Assembly: GCA_031363505.1 (NCBI GenBank)
Contig: JANLUN010000544.1
Span: 1-37,943 of the forward strand
DNA length: 37,943 nt
Source: Planctomycetota bacterium
Lineage (GTDB): Bacteria; Planctomycetota; UBA1135; GCA-002686595
Direction: 5' to 3'
Shown: piece by piece, positions 25,958 to 34,528 of the stretch
Numbering within the stretch: position 1 is the stretch's first letter
Layout: each line of letters starts with the position of its first letter
Notes under the pieces: model-generated
Seen by the model: only the letters and a program-made list of their open reading frames with translations
What the model was told of the DNA's origin: nothing
The model's database searches: none
Program-made: the position numbers and the translations under genes

Positions 25958-26359
25958 ATGGCCACGCAGCGCTTCCGCTTCCTCGTGCATGATGAACGAC
26001 TCGCCATCTGCCGCCTGTCACCCGACGCTCCGGTGCCCGCGTGGGCGCGCGGCAAGTTCGTCAATACGGCGCGCACACCGGCCGAGCTCTCGATCGTGTG
26101 CGCGCAGCAGCATGTCCCGCGCGAGACAGTGCACGAGCGCGACAAAGTTGCACTCGGCATCGAAGGCACGATTCCGATGACTTCGATCGGCATCCTCGCG
26201 ACGCTCTGCGGTGCGCTCGCCGAGGCGCGCGTGCCCGTGTTCGTCCTCTCGACGTACGACACGGATTGGCTGCTCGTGTCGGCGGACCGGATGCCGGCGG
26301 CGAAGACGGCACTCGAGTCGGTGGGGCATGAAGTGCGCGGAGCAGTGCCGAGCGCGTGA
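25958..26359 (+). CDS. ACT-domain-containing protein
   Basis: MATQRFRFLVHDERLAICRL...GTIPMTSIGILATLCGALAEARVPVFVLSTYDTDWLLV is the pattern of small ACT-domain proteins. An ATG at 25919 would add 13 aa. Confidence 0.75.
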   Translation: MATQRFRFLVHDERLAICRLSPDAPVPAWARGKFVNTARTPAELSIVCAQQHVPRETVHERDKVALGIEGTIPMTSIGILATLCGALAEARVPVFVLSTYDTDWLLVSADRMPAAKTALESVGHEVRGAVPSA

Positions 26360-26994
26360 GCGTGATGCGCGAAGTCCTCCACTTGACGGCCGCCGACGTG
26401 CGCATCCTGCCGTGGAAGAACGGCCGCGGAATCACCGAGGAGCTCGCGATCTGGCCGCACGGCGCGACGCTCGACCGCGGCGACTTCGACTGGCGCATCT
26501 CCAAGGCCGCCGTCGACGACTCCGGTCCGTTCTCCACGTTTCCAGGCTTCGATCGACTCTTGCTCGTGACGAGTGGCGACGGATTCATGCTCACGCACGG
26601 TGACCACGCGCCGCGCACGCGCGTGCGGCGCTTCGAACCGTATCTCTTCGCGGGCGATTGGCCGACGACGGCCGAGCTGATCAGCGGCACGGTCTCCGAT
26701 TTCAACGTGCTGCTGCGACGCGGGGAGTGGCACGCGAACATCGAGGTGCTCCGACTCAGACGGCGACGCGCGCGCGAGGCTCTCTCGGCCGGACATGCGT
26801 TCGTGCACATGATCTCGGGCCGTCTACTCGCGCGCGTCACGGCGGAAGAGGATCCGTTCGAGTTGGAGCAGAACGAGAGCCTGTGGGTGCGCGAGCTCGC
26901 CGACGGCGACGAGCTCGATCTCGCCGGCGCGTCCGAGGACTGCGTCGCGCTGCTCGTGCGGATCGGTCGCGCCGAAGATCGCGAGCGCAACTGA
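26356..26994 (+). CDS. hutD: HutD family protein
   Basis: ILPWKNGRGITEELAIWP...FSTFPGFDRLLLVTSG matches the HutD/Ves signature. The GTG start overlaps the ACT gene stop (GTGA), and ATG 26365 is an alternative. Confidence 0.8.
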   Translation: MSVMREVLHLTAADVRILPWKNGRGITEELAIWPHGATLDRGDFDWRISKAAVDDSGPFSTFPGFDRLLLVTSGDGFMLTHGDHAPRTRVRRFEPYLFAGDWPTTAELISGTVSDFNVLLRRGEWHANIEVLRLRRRRAREALSAGHAFVHMISGRLLARVTAEEDPFELEQNESLWVRELADGDELDLAGASEDCVALLVRIGRAEDRERN

Positions 26995-27014
26995 GTGCGG
27001 CCGTCGCGGACGAG

Positions 27015-27539
27015 TTAGTTCCCGCGCGCCACGCCGCGGAAGCCTCGGCCTTCGAGCCACTCGACGAGACGCTCGCGCTGATCGCCTTGCACCACGATCA
27101 TTCCTTCCTCGACGCGCGCTCCCAATCCCAACGCGCGCGAGATCTCGCGCGCCAGTAAATCGAGATCATTGCCGGCGAGTCCGGGCCCGTCGGCGATCGT
27201 GACAGTCTTTCCGCCGCGGCCGGCGCGCTCTTGTCGAACCGTGACGCGCTCGTGACTCGATTGACTGCGTGAATCGTTGCGTGCGGACGCCGAGGCAGGC
27301 TTCGCCGCAGCGGAGGACTTCGATGCGTCGGACGGCTTCCGCGCGACGCGTGGTTGCTCGGCGGCGGAGCGCGCCTGCGCTGGCGAATTCGCAGCAGTCG
27401 ACGGCGCACGCCCACCGAGCGCCGCGAAAGGATTGTGCTTGAGGCCGCCCTTGAGCGGATCGAGATCGGGCGTGGGATCGGGCTCGCGGCGTGCCATGGG
27501 ACGCTCACGATCCTCCACGGCGCTCGGGCCGCGCGTCAA
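27015..27539 (-). CDS. SUI1/YciH-family translation initiation factor with a low-complexity N-terminal extension
   Basis: The C-terminal 80 aa (VRQERAGRGGKTVTIADG...LAREISRALGLGARVEEGMIVVQGDQRERLVEWLEGRGF) is the SUI1 fold signature. Confidence 0.8.
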   Translation of the reverse strand: MTRGPSAVEDRERPMARREPDPTPDLDPLKGGLKHNPFAALGGRAPSTAANSPAQARSAAEQPRVARKPSDASKSSAAAKPASASARNDSRSQSSHERVTVRQERAGRGGKTVTIADGPGLAGNDLDLLAREISRALGLGARVEEGMIVVQGDQRERLVEWLEGRGFRGVARGN

Positions 27540-27725
27540 GCGCGTTCGTGCGGCCGTCGCGTGCTCACCGTGCGAGCCTCACGCAAACAGCTCGCGATCA
27601 AGTCCCACCGCTCGTCTTGCCGATGGTGCCCCGCGTGATCGAGCCCGCGGGGGCGTGCATCGATCGAGGCAGAAGTGAGTTCCAGCTCTAGGCCGCTCTT
27701 CGGCCGCTCTTGGCAGAGGCTTTCG

Positions 27726-28298
27726 ATGAACATGCAGTCGTTTCGGTTCGGTTTCTTCACGTCGCTCTTCGTCACGTCGCTCGCAGTCGCGCCGGCGAAT
27801 GCACACGCGCTCAACACCGGATCCAACTCGTCGACGCCGCCACGCGACACCAGCACGAGCGCACCCATCGGTTCGGCGACATTCGGCTTTGGTGACACGT
27901 TCATCTACTGCACCGCGTTGCCGAACTCGACCGGTGTTTCTGCCGCCATCGATTCCGTGGGCAGCTTGAGCATCGCTGCGAACACGTTCACGCTCCTTGT
28001 CCAGGGCGCTCCGCCGTCGACGACGGGGATGTTCTTCTACGGAACCGCGCAAGCGCAGATCCCGATGGGCGACGGAGTCCTGTGCGTGAGCGCGTTCAAC
28101 CCCGGGATCGTCGCGCTTCAGCCCGGTGCGGCGCCGAACGAACTCGGACTCGTGCGGAAGAAGCTGAACTTCCCGAGCCTCTCGGGCGCGGGCATCATCG
28201 ATCCCGGGAACACGTGCTACTTCCAGTACATGTACCGCGACAAGACGTCGGCGGGTTTCAACTTCAGCGACGGTTTGGGAGTGACGTTCGCGCCCTGA
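27726..28298 (+). CDS. Small secreted protein consisting of the same Cys-containing module found at the C-terminus of the 935-aa propeller protein
   Basis: Signal peptide MNMQSFRFGFFTSLFVTSLAVAPANAHA (ATG 27726). The module is YCTALPNSTG...GMFFYG...PMGDGVLC...CYFQYMYRD...GFNFSDGLGVTF. Confidence 0.8.
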   Translation: MNMQSFRFGFFTSLFVTSLAVAPANAHALNTGSNSSTPPRDTSTSAPIGSATFGFGDTFIYCTALPNSTGVSAAIDSVGSLSIAANTFTLLVQGAPPSTTGMFFYGTAQAQIPMGDGVLCVSAFNPGIVALQPGAAPNELGLVRKKLNFPSLSGAGIIDPGNTCYFQYMYRDKTSAGFNFSDGLGVTFAP

Positions 28299-28310
28299 CT
28301 CCCGGGCGCG

Positions 28311-29339
28311 TCACAGCTGCTCGCGCCGCAGCTCGGGAAACACCTTGCTGACCTTGTTCAGCAGGTAGTCGCCGTACGTCCCCGCGAAGTCGTGCACGCT
28401 GGCGTGATCCCAGCGTTCGTGCCGGTCGTCGACGAAGTCCGCCGTACTTCGCGTCTCGATCGGCTTGACGCGCGCATCGAAGCTCGGATCGAAGAAGAAC
28501 GCGAGTGACAGTCGGTCGCGATCCGTGCGATTCGCCGCGCGGTGCGGCGTCGATCGGTAGAGACCGCGCGTCATCCGATCGAGCATGTCGCCGATGTTGC
28601 ACACGAACGAGCCGTCGATCGGCGGCGCTGCGACCCAACCTTGCCGGCTCTTCACTTCGAGTCCACCGACGTCGTCCTGCTTCAGGATCGTCAGCAGGCC
28701 GTAGTCCGTGTGCTCGCCGACGCCCCATCGTGATTGTTCACCGCTCGGCCGACTCACCGCCGGATAGTTGAAGATCCGGAAGAGGATCAACGGATCGCGA
28801 GTGTACTGCCGCGCGAAATAGTCCGGCTCGAGATCCAGGCTCAGCGCGATTCCGCGCATCAGCGCGTGACCGAGTTCCGTGAGCGCGGCGATGTACGCGA
28901 GGACCGACTCACGAAAGTCCGCGATGTCCGGGAAGAGGTTCTGCCCGTGCATCGGCGTGCCACTACGCACGCGCGCATCGTCACTCGCAAGCTCGCTGCC
29001 GAAGTAGAGCCCTTCCTTGTCGTCAGGAACGCCCGACGTGAGCTCGCCGCCGACCGGAAAGTAGCCGCGCCACGCCCGTCCACCGAGCGACATGCGGATG
29101 CGCATCTTGGTCTCGAGCTCGAGCGCGAAGAACCGGCGGCCGAGATCCTCGATTCGCGCGACGAGCTGCGCATCGACACCGCGGCCGACGACGTAGAAGA
29201 AGCCCGTGTCGCGGCACGCGCGGCCGATTTCTTCCGCTGCGAAGGCCTGTCGTGAGCTGCGCTCGACGAGCGACGTGACATCGACGACGGGGACTTGCCA
29301 GATCGGAACCACGGGTGCGCGGAATCCTCGCTCGCTCAA
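28311..29339 (-). CDS. 2-oxoglutarate/Fe(II)-dependent oxygenase (isopenicillin-N-synthase-like family)
   Basis: VPVVDV...GFFYVVGRGV at the N-terminus and HTDYGLLTIL...HRA motifs (HxD...H facial triad plus RxS). Start candidates are TTG 29339 (TTGA overlap with the upstream stop) and GTG 29312 (GAGGA 11 nt upstream, spacer ttccgcgcacc). Confidence 0.85.
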   Translation of the reverse strand: MSERGFRAPVVPIWQVPVVDVTSLVERSSRQAFAAEEIGRACRDTGFFYVVGRGVDAQLVARIEDLGRRFFALELETKMRIRMSLGGRAWRGYFPVGGELTSGVPDDKEGLYFGSELASDDARVRSGTPMHGQNLFPDIADFRESVLAYIAALTELGHALMRGIALSLDLEPDYFARQYTRDPLILFRIFNYPAVSRPSGEQSRWGVGEHTDYGLLTILKQDDVGGLEVKSRQGWVAAPPIDGSFVCNIGDMLDRMTRGLYRSTPHRAANRTDRDRLSLAFFFDPSFDARVKPIETRSTADFVDDRHERWDHASVHDFAGTYGDYLLNKVSKVFPELRREQL

Positions 29340-30466
29340 CGCGCCGTTTCCATCCTGCGCCACTCCGACGTCGACCCGACGTTGGGATCGAACCCGGCTT
29401 CGTTCGAGAGCACGTACTCGCCCTTCGGATTCGTCCACACGTCGCGGTAGCCCGACGGCAATTGCACCGCCCGACCTTCATAGGGATGGTCGTACGTCTC
29501 GACGCCGCGCACGGACTCGCTGAACTCGCGCGACGTGCGATCCGCCGAATCTTGCCGCGCCTGCCACGACGATCGCATCGAGGCCAAGATCTCGTCGTTG
29601 TTCCGCGAGATGCGGCGCGACAGCTCGCCGGCGTCGCGGATCGCTTGGAGTTGGCCCTGACGCGAGAGCTCGAGCACTTGTCCGTAGCCCGCGTACCAAG
29701 CCAGCTCGATGCGCAACGATGCGATCATCGCCTGCAGGAGCGGCGCGAGCGCGTCGATGCGATCCTTCTCCGCGCGGAACGAGTACTGATGCTCGAGACT
29801 CCAGATCGTCATCGTCGGCACCATCGGTGAGCGCGAGAGCACGACCGTCACGTAGACGTCTTCGACGATCGTCGCCGCACCGTCTAAGTACTCGAGGCGC
29901 ACTTTCGCCGCGCTGACCCGCTTCTGCATGCCGGGTTCTTGGACTCCACGTTCGACGGCACGCGTCACATCGGGCAAGTCCGTCAGCGCGCCGACCTTCA
30001 GCGCGCGCACGTCCTTGCGGTACAGCGGTACGAACACGTCGCGCACGTACTGCATCACGTCGCGCGGCGGCGGATACACGACGCTGCCCAGGTAGTTCTG
30101 GCCGGTCTGGAAACCTGCCGCGCCACCACGATCGTCCCAACACGCCGGGATGATCGGGAATGCTTCGAGCGCGGCCTTGCTCTTCGGATCGCGCACCGTG
30201 AACTGCCCGCTGGCGAGGTTCGAGTACTGCATCTGCCACGCGACCCCGCCGGTGATCGACCAATCGATCGGGATGAGCATCGTGAAGGCCGTGCAACCGA
30301 TGCCCGGATCGGCGACCTCGACCTTGCGAAGCTTGAGAGCGCGCGCGGGCTTCGCGCTCTGTGGCGGGGCGGCCTGCCCGCAACCGGCGACGGCCAGGTC
30401 CGCGAGCAGGAAGACCGAGAGGACGTGCAGACCGAGCATCGAAACGCGCACTGTGTTCCACCTCAT
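29336..30466 (-). CDS. Hypothetical lipoprotein
   Basis: 376 aa with lipobox LAVAGC and good coding character. I recognise no family. Confidence 0.75.
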   Translation of the reverse strand: MRWNTVRVSMLGLHVLSVFLLADLAVAGCGQAAPPQSAKPARALKLRKVEVADPGIGCTAFTMLIPIDWSITGGVAWQMQYSNLASGQFTVRDPKSKAALEAFPIIPACWDDRGGAAGFQTGQNYLGSVVYPPPRDVMQYVRDVFVPLYRKDVRALKVGALTDLPDVTRAVERGVQEPGMQKRVSAAKVRLEYLDGAATIVEDVYVTVVLSRSPMVPTMTIWSLEHQYSFRAEKDRIDALAPLLQAMIASLRIELAWYAGYGQVLELSRQGQLQAIRDAGELSRRISRNNDEILASMRSSWQARQDSADRTSREFSESVRGVETYDHPYEGRAVQLPSGYRDVWTNPKGEYVLSNEAGFDPNVGSTSEWRRMETAR

Positions 30467-30543
30467 GGACGCGGAGCGTAGCGCGAACCCGACGCGGACG
30501 CTTGGTGCGTGCCGCTCCGGCCCTGCGCGGAGTACCTTTTCAG

Positions 30544-32265
30544 ATGCGGATGGTCGAAGACTGTCTGCGCGCGAGTCCCGAGCCCATGCGACGACCGAAG
30601 CGATCCAAGTTCAAGCCTTCTTCCGGCGAACCCGAGTCTCCGGCGACGCCGCAAGCGCAGCCCGTCGTGCGCGTCGCGCGCACTTCCGATCGCGTCGACC
30701 TCTGGCTCCGCATCGTCGCGACCGCGACCGGCGTGCTCGGCGCCGTGCTCGGTTACATCGGCTACCGCAACGCGCACCTCGTCGAGATCGAGCAGCGCGA
30801 GCAGCGCATCCAGCTCGATTGTGATTCCGCCGCGACGAAGCTCGATCGAGCTTGGGACGAGCTCGGCGGCTCGCCGCTGTCGACCGCGATCCAGCAATAC
30901 ACGAGCGAGCTGCGGCGTCTCGAGAAAGCGACCGAGCTCGTGCGAGACGCGGAAGTGCTGTGCCCCGCGTCGAACGCGCGCGCGCTGCGCATCCGCGCTC
31001 ACATCTTGCGCGCGCAGAGACGTGCGCCGGAAGCGCTCCAGGTGTTTCAACGAGCACTGCAACTCGATCCGCGCGACGCGCTCGCGCAAGCCGGCATCGG
31101 GCACGCGCAGCTCGACCTCGGTCGCGAAGACGACGCGCTCGCAGCATTTCGAGCAGCGCTCGAGCTCGACCCGCGCGACGCCTCGATTCGCCAGAACTTC
31201 GGCAACTTGCTTGCGCGACTCGGACGATACGACGACGCGCTCCGCGAGTTCGACCGCGTGATCGAGCTCGCGCCGGAGGACGCGCTGACGCACAACGGCC
31301 GCGGCAACGCGCTGCGTGAGTTGCGGCGCGCAGCGGAGGCGCTGGCCGCGTACGAGACCGCGCTGCGGATCGATCCACGCTACGCGCAAGCGCACAACGG
31401 CCGCGGGAACGTGCTTCTCGATCTCGGTCGACTCGAGGAGGCGCTCGCTGCGTTCGGGCGCTGCGTGCAGCTCGATCCAGAGAACGCGCAGGCTCACAAC
31501 GGTCGCGGCATCGTGCTGCGCCGCCTGCTGCGGCCGAACGATGCGCTCCCGCGCAACGGCCGCGGCAACGTGCTGTGCGATCTCGGTCAGTACCAAGAAG
31601 CGATCGGAGCGTACGAGGACGCGCTGACGCGCGACGCCCGCTTCGCGGAGCCGCACAACGGACTCGGGATCGCATTCGCCGCACTGGGTCGCCCGACCGA
31701 CGCGTTGACCGCTTATGCGCGCGCGACGGAGCTCGATCCGAAGAGCGCGCTGCCGCACCAAGGACGAGGCAACGTGCTGCTCGATCTAGGCCGCACAGAG
31801 GATGCACTCGCGGCCTACGACACGGCGCTCGCGCTCGATCCGCGCTTTGCTTGGGCTCACAACGGACGAGGCAACGCGCTCGCGCGAGTGGAGCGTTGGG
31901 CGGAGGCGCTCGACGCGTACGAGCGCGCGCTCGAGATCGATGCGAACGACGTCGCTGCTCACGTCGGCCGCGGCAATGCGCTGCGCCGGATCGGCCGCGC
32001 GGACGACGCGCTCGCCGCATACGACACCGCGATTCGATTGGACTCGACGCTCGCGGCGCCGCACAACGGACGTGGCAATGTGCTCGGCGACGTCGGCCGA
32101 ATCGACGAAGCACTTCAGGCGTTCGAGCGCGCTATCCTGCTGCAGCCAGACCTCGCGGGGGCGCACTTGGGGCGCGGCATGGCGCTCACGTTGCTCGGCC
32201 GCGACGAGGAAGCGCAGCAATCTCTTCAACGGGCGGAAGAGCTCGCGCGGCGAGGCGCACGATGA
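30544..32265 (+). CDS. Membrane-anchored tetratricopeptide (TPR) repeat protein
   Basis: I prefer ATG 30544, because the longer track ORF overlaps the divergent lipoprotein gene. It has one TM (LWLRIVATATGVLGAVLGYIGY) and then at least 12 TPR units with recurring HNGRGN(A/V)L...ALxAYxxALxLDP. Confidence 0.85.
   Translation: MRMVEDCLRASPEPMRRPKRSKFKPSSGEPESPATPQAQPVVRVARTSDRVDLWLRIVATATGVLGAVLGYIGYRNAHLVEIEQREQRIQLDCDSAATKLDRAWDELGGSPLSTAIQQYTSELRRLEKATELVRDAEVLCPASNARALRIRAHILRAQRRAPEALQVFQRALQLDPRDALAQAGIGHAQLDLGREDDALAAFRAALELDPRDASIRQNFGNLLARLGRYDDALREFDRVIELAPEDALTHNGRGNALRELRRAAEALAAYETALRIDPRYAQAHNGRGNVLLDLGRLEEALAAFGRCVQLDPENAQAHNGRGIVLRRLLRPNDALPRNGRGNVLCDLGQYQEAIGAYEDALTRDARFAEPHNGLGIAFAALGRPTDALTAYARATELDPKSALPHQGRGNVLLDLGRTEDALAAYDTALALDPRFAWAHNGRGNALARVERWAEALDAYERALEIDANDVAAHVGRGNALRRIGRADDALAAYDTAIRLDSTLAAPHNGRGNVLGDVGRIDEALQAFERAILLQPDLAGAHLGRGMALTLLGRDEEAQQSLQRAEELARRGAR
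31069..32247 (+). repeat. Coding tandem repeat with a 102-bp (34-codon TPR) period
   Basis: The anchor motif cacaacggNcgNggc recurs at 31291, 31393, 31495, 31552, 31654, 31756, 31858, 31960, 32062 and 32164. All steps are exactly 102 nt except one 57-nt step. Confidence 0.8.
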
Positions 32266-32373
32266 GCCGTCGCGCGCACTGAAGCCGCGAGGGCTGCACC
32301 GCTCGCGTAGCGCTCGCGACTCTCGATCGACGCTTTTCGGCCACCGTGGCGCGATGCGCTAGACTGCGAGGGA

Positions 32374-33453
32374 GTGAAGCTCGCACGCAAGGCCTGCTTG
32401 GCTGTGCTGGTACTGACTTTGGGGCTCGCCGTGTGCGAACTCGCGGCGCGCGCCTGGTCGCACTTCTATTTCCCGAAGATGATCGAGCTCGACGATCACT
32501 TCGGTTGGCGTCGTACGCCTGGTCTGGAAAAAGAGTTCACGAACGAGTGGGGCGAGACGAGCCTCGTCGTCGCGAATCGCTACGGGAATCGCGGCGTCGC
32601 GTACGCGCCGAAGCGCACGCCCGGCACTTATCGCGTGCTCGTGCTCGGTGATTCGTTCGCGGAAGGCGCGCAGGTCAACGAAGCGGACGTGTTCAGCGCG
32701 CTCGTCGAAGCGCGCGAGCCCGGCGTCGAGATGATCAACGCCGCCCTCGTCGCGTACGGCACGGTGCAAGAGTACATGTACCTGCGCGACGAAGGCTTGG
32801 CGTTCCATCCCGACTTGGTGCTCGTCTGCTTCTATCGAAACGACTTCGTCGACAACATCCTGCCGTACCACCTGCGCATGGGACCGCGGCCGTATGCGAA
32901 GCTCGCGAACGGTGCGGTGCACATCGTCGAAGAGATCACGGATGAGCCGTTCTCGGCGTTCTGCATTCCTGCGCCGCTGACGGTCTTCTTCTACCGTCAC
33001 AGCTACATCTACTACGCGCTCACCGACCGCGTGTACTTCCAGCGCCATCGTCAGGAACTCTCCGATCTCGATCGAGCGAACATGGATCGCGTTCCGTGGC
33101 CGGACCGCAAGCGCGTGTTCTTCCACCTAATCGAACGGATGAACGACCTCGCGCGCGCGCACGACGCGGAGCTCGCGCTGTTCTTGATTCCGTCGCAGCA
33201 GGAGCTCGCCGACGGAGCAAGCCCAGATCACGACGAGATCGCGCGGTGGAGCGCGGCGAACGGCATCGACAGCATCCGTGGCTTGGAACCGATGCAGCGC
33301 GCGATCCACGAGGGACGCCGACCGTACTTCAACGTCGACATTCACTGGACGCGCGCGGGACACGAGATCGCCGCGGCCGAGATCGCCAAGTACGTGCGCG
33401 AGAAGCGCGCGATCCGCGATAGCAAGGGCGCGGCGAATGCGGCACCGCGGTGA
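32374..33453 (+). CDS. SGNH/GDSL-type hydrolase family protein, N-terminally membrane-anchored
   Basis: GTG start with GAGGGA immediately upstream. It has a TM/signal segment (ACLAVLVLTLGLAVC), block I VLVLGDSFAEG and a C-terminal DIHWT (DxxH-type block V). Confidence 0.8.
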   Translation: MKLARKACLAVLVLTLGLAVCELAARAWSHFYFPKMIELDDHFGWRRTPGLEKEFTNEWGETSLVVANRYGNRGVAYAPKRTPGTYRVLVLGDSFAEGAQVNEADVFSALVEAREPGVEMINAALVAYGTVQEYMYLRDEGLAFHPDLVLVCFYRNDFVDNILPYHLRMGPRPYAKLANGAVHIVEEITDEPFSAFCIPAPLTVFFYRHSYIYYALTDRVYFQRHRQELSDLDRANMDRVPWPDRKRVFFHLIERMNDLARAHDAELALFLIPSQQELADGASPDHDEIARWSAANGIDSIRGLEPMQRAIHEGRRPYFNVDIHWTRAGHEIAAAEIAKYVREKRAIRDSKGAANAAPR

Positions 33454-33476
33454 GAGCTAGCGCTAGCTGTGCGCCG

Positions 33477-33863
33477 TCACGGTGGATAGGCAGCGATCGC
33501 CCGTCGCAGTTCCGCTTCTGAGATCGTCACCTCGAACGTCTGTTCCGCGGGTTCGTCGGCGATCGTCACGAGCTGAGGAACTGCGGGATGGATCTCGGCC
33601 TCTGGCGTCCGCGCGTCACCTTTGTAGAGGGTGAAGTGCACTTCACGTGGTCCGCTCTCGTGAGCGCTGAGGTAGGTTTCCCTCACGGATGAGAAAGATT
33701 CGGCGGACCGATTCTCTCGATCCCGCGACTGCGCGTGCTTCGGCTGCATGCACGCCGGCGCGTTTGAAGGCTCGGGGTAACTTGACACGCTCGTGAGCCA
33801 ACGCCGCGTGGACCGACAAGAATGGCAGTCGCACGCGAATCGACTCGCCGCGATTGCGGTCAT
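33477..33863 (-). CDS. Hypothetical small protein (weak call)
   Basis: 128-aa ORF. GC3 is about 68% over the C-terminal 60 codons counted by hand, clearly lower than in neighbouring genes. ATG 33749 is an alternative start. I recognise no motif. Confidence 0.35.
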   Translation of the reverse strand: MTAIAASRFACDCHSCRSTRRWLTSVSSYPEPSNAPACMQPKHAQSRDRENRSAESFSSVRETYLSAHESGPREVHFTLYKGDARTPEAEIHPAVPQLVTIADEPAEQTFEVTISEAELRRAIAAYPP

Positions 33864-33933
33864 TTCGCGATCGCTTTAGATTCTCGGCTCGCTCGAGTCT
33901 CACGAAACGCACGCGCCGAGCGTCCACTCTGAA

Positions 33934-34455
33934 ATGACGCCGGAATCGAGACCCAGGGAGAGCGTGCTTCCTCCATTCGAGCGCGTCGTCGAGCTGCACG
34001 GTCCCGCGCTCCTGCGCTTCTGCGCCCTTCAAGTAGGACCGGCGCGAGCGGAGGACTGCTTCCAAGATGCGATGCTCGCCGCATTGCGCGCGTACTCGGG
34101 TTTGCGCGATGCGGACGCGATCCGGCCGTGGCTCTTCGCGATCGGCACCCGCAAGGCGATCGACATACACCGTGCGACGGCGCGGACGCCGCAATCAACC
34201 GGCGACATCGAACACTTGGCCCGCACCGAACCGCGCGACTCGAACGAGGCACGCGAGCCTTCCGAGTCGAACGATGAATCGCTCTCGTCGCGGATCAGGA
34301 ATCTGCCCGAGAAGCAGCGCCGAGCCGTCACGCTCCGCTACTTCGGCGATCTCTCGCACAAGGAGATCGCGGCGATCATGGAGACGAGTGAGGAAGCAGC
34401 GCGTCGAAATGTCTTCGAGGGCTTGAACCGGCTGCGAGGAGTGCTCGCGCGATGA
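33934..34455 (+). CDS. ECF-type (sigma-70 family group 4) RNA polymerase sigma factor
   Basis: 173 aa. Region 2 is AEDCFQDAMLAALRAY...IRPWLFAIGTRKAIDIHR and region 4 is LPEKQRRAVTLRYFGDLSHKEIAAIMETSEEAARRNVFEGLNRLR. Confidence 0.9.
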   Translation: MTPESRPRESVLPPFERVVELHGPALLRFCALQVGPARAEDCFQDAMLAALRAYSGLRDADAIRPWLFAIGTRKAIDIHRATARTPQSTGDIEHLARTEPRDSNEAREPSESNDESLSSRIRNLPEKQRRAVTLRYFGDLSHKEIAAIMETSEEAARRNVFEGLNRLRGVLAR

Positions 34456-34528
34456 AGCGTAGCTCCCGTCTTCGTCCGGTATCGATGCTGAATCTCACGA
34501 ACGGCCGCCGCTCACCGTCCAGGATGAC

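Noticed and set aside
25720-26808. Upstream 363 codons of the 521-aa minus-strand ORF
   Set aside because: This part is antisense to the ACT and HutD genes and has a poor composition. A good SD plus ATG at 25719 gives a b562-sized protein.
30463-32229. Minus-strand ORFs of 432, 500 and 147 aa antisense to the TPR gene
   Set aside because: They are repeat-driven open shadow frames, extremely Arg/Ala-rich. The plus frame gives canonical 34-aa TPR units.
31069-32247. Regular 102-bp repeats as a possible CRISPR or other non-coding array
   Set aside because: The period is exactly 34 codons in an open frame encoding TPR helices. There are no unique spacers, and conservation follows amino-acid positions rather than nucleotide positions.
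33880-33933. Possible ECF-type autoregulatory promoter (cgaaac...cgtcc) upstream of the sigma gene
   Set aside because: The spacer between the AAC and CGT elements is only about 12 nt, against the usual 16-17. The -10-like element would lie about 15 nt from the ATG. This is not convincing.
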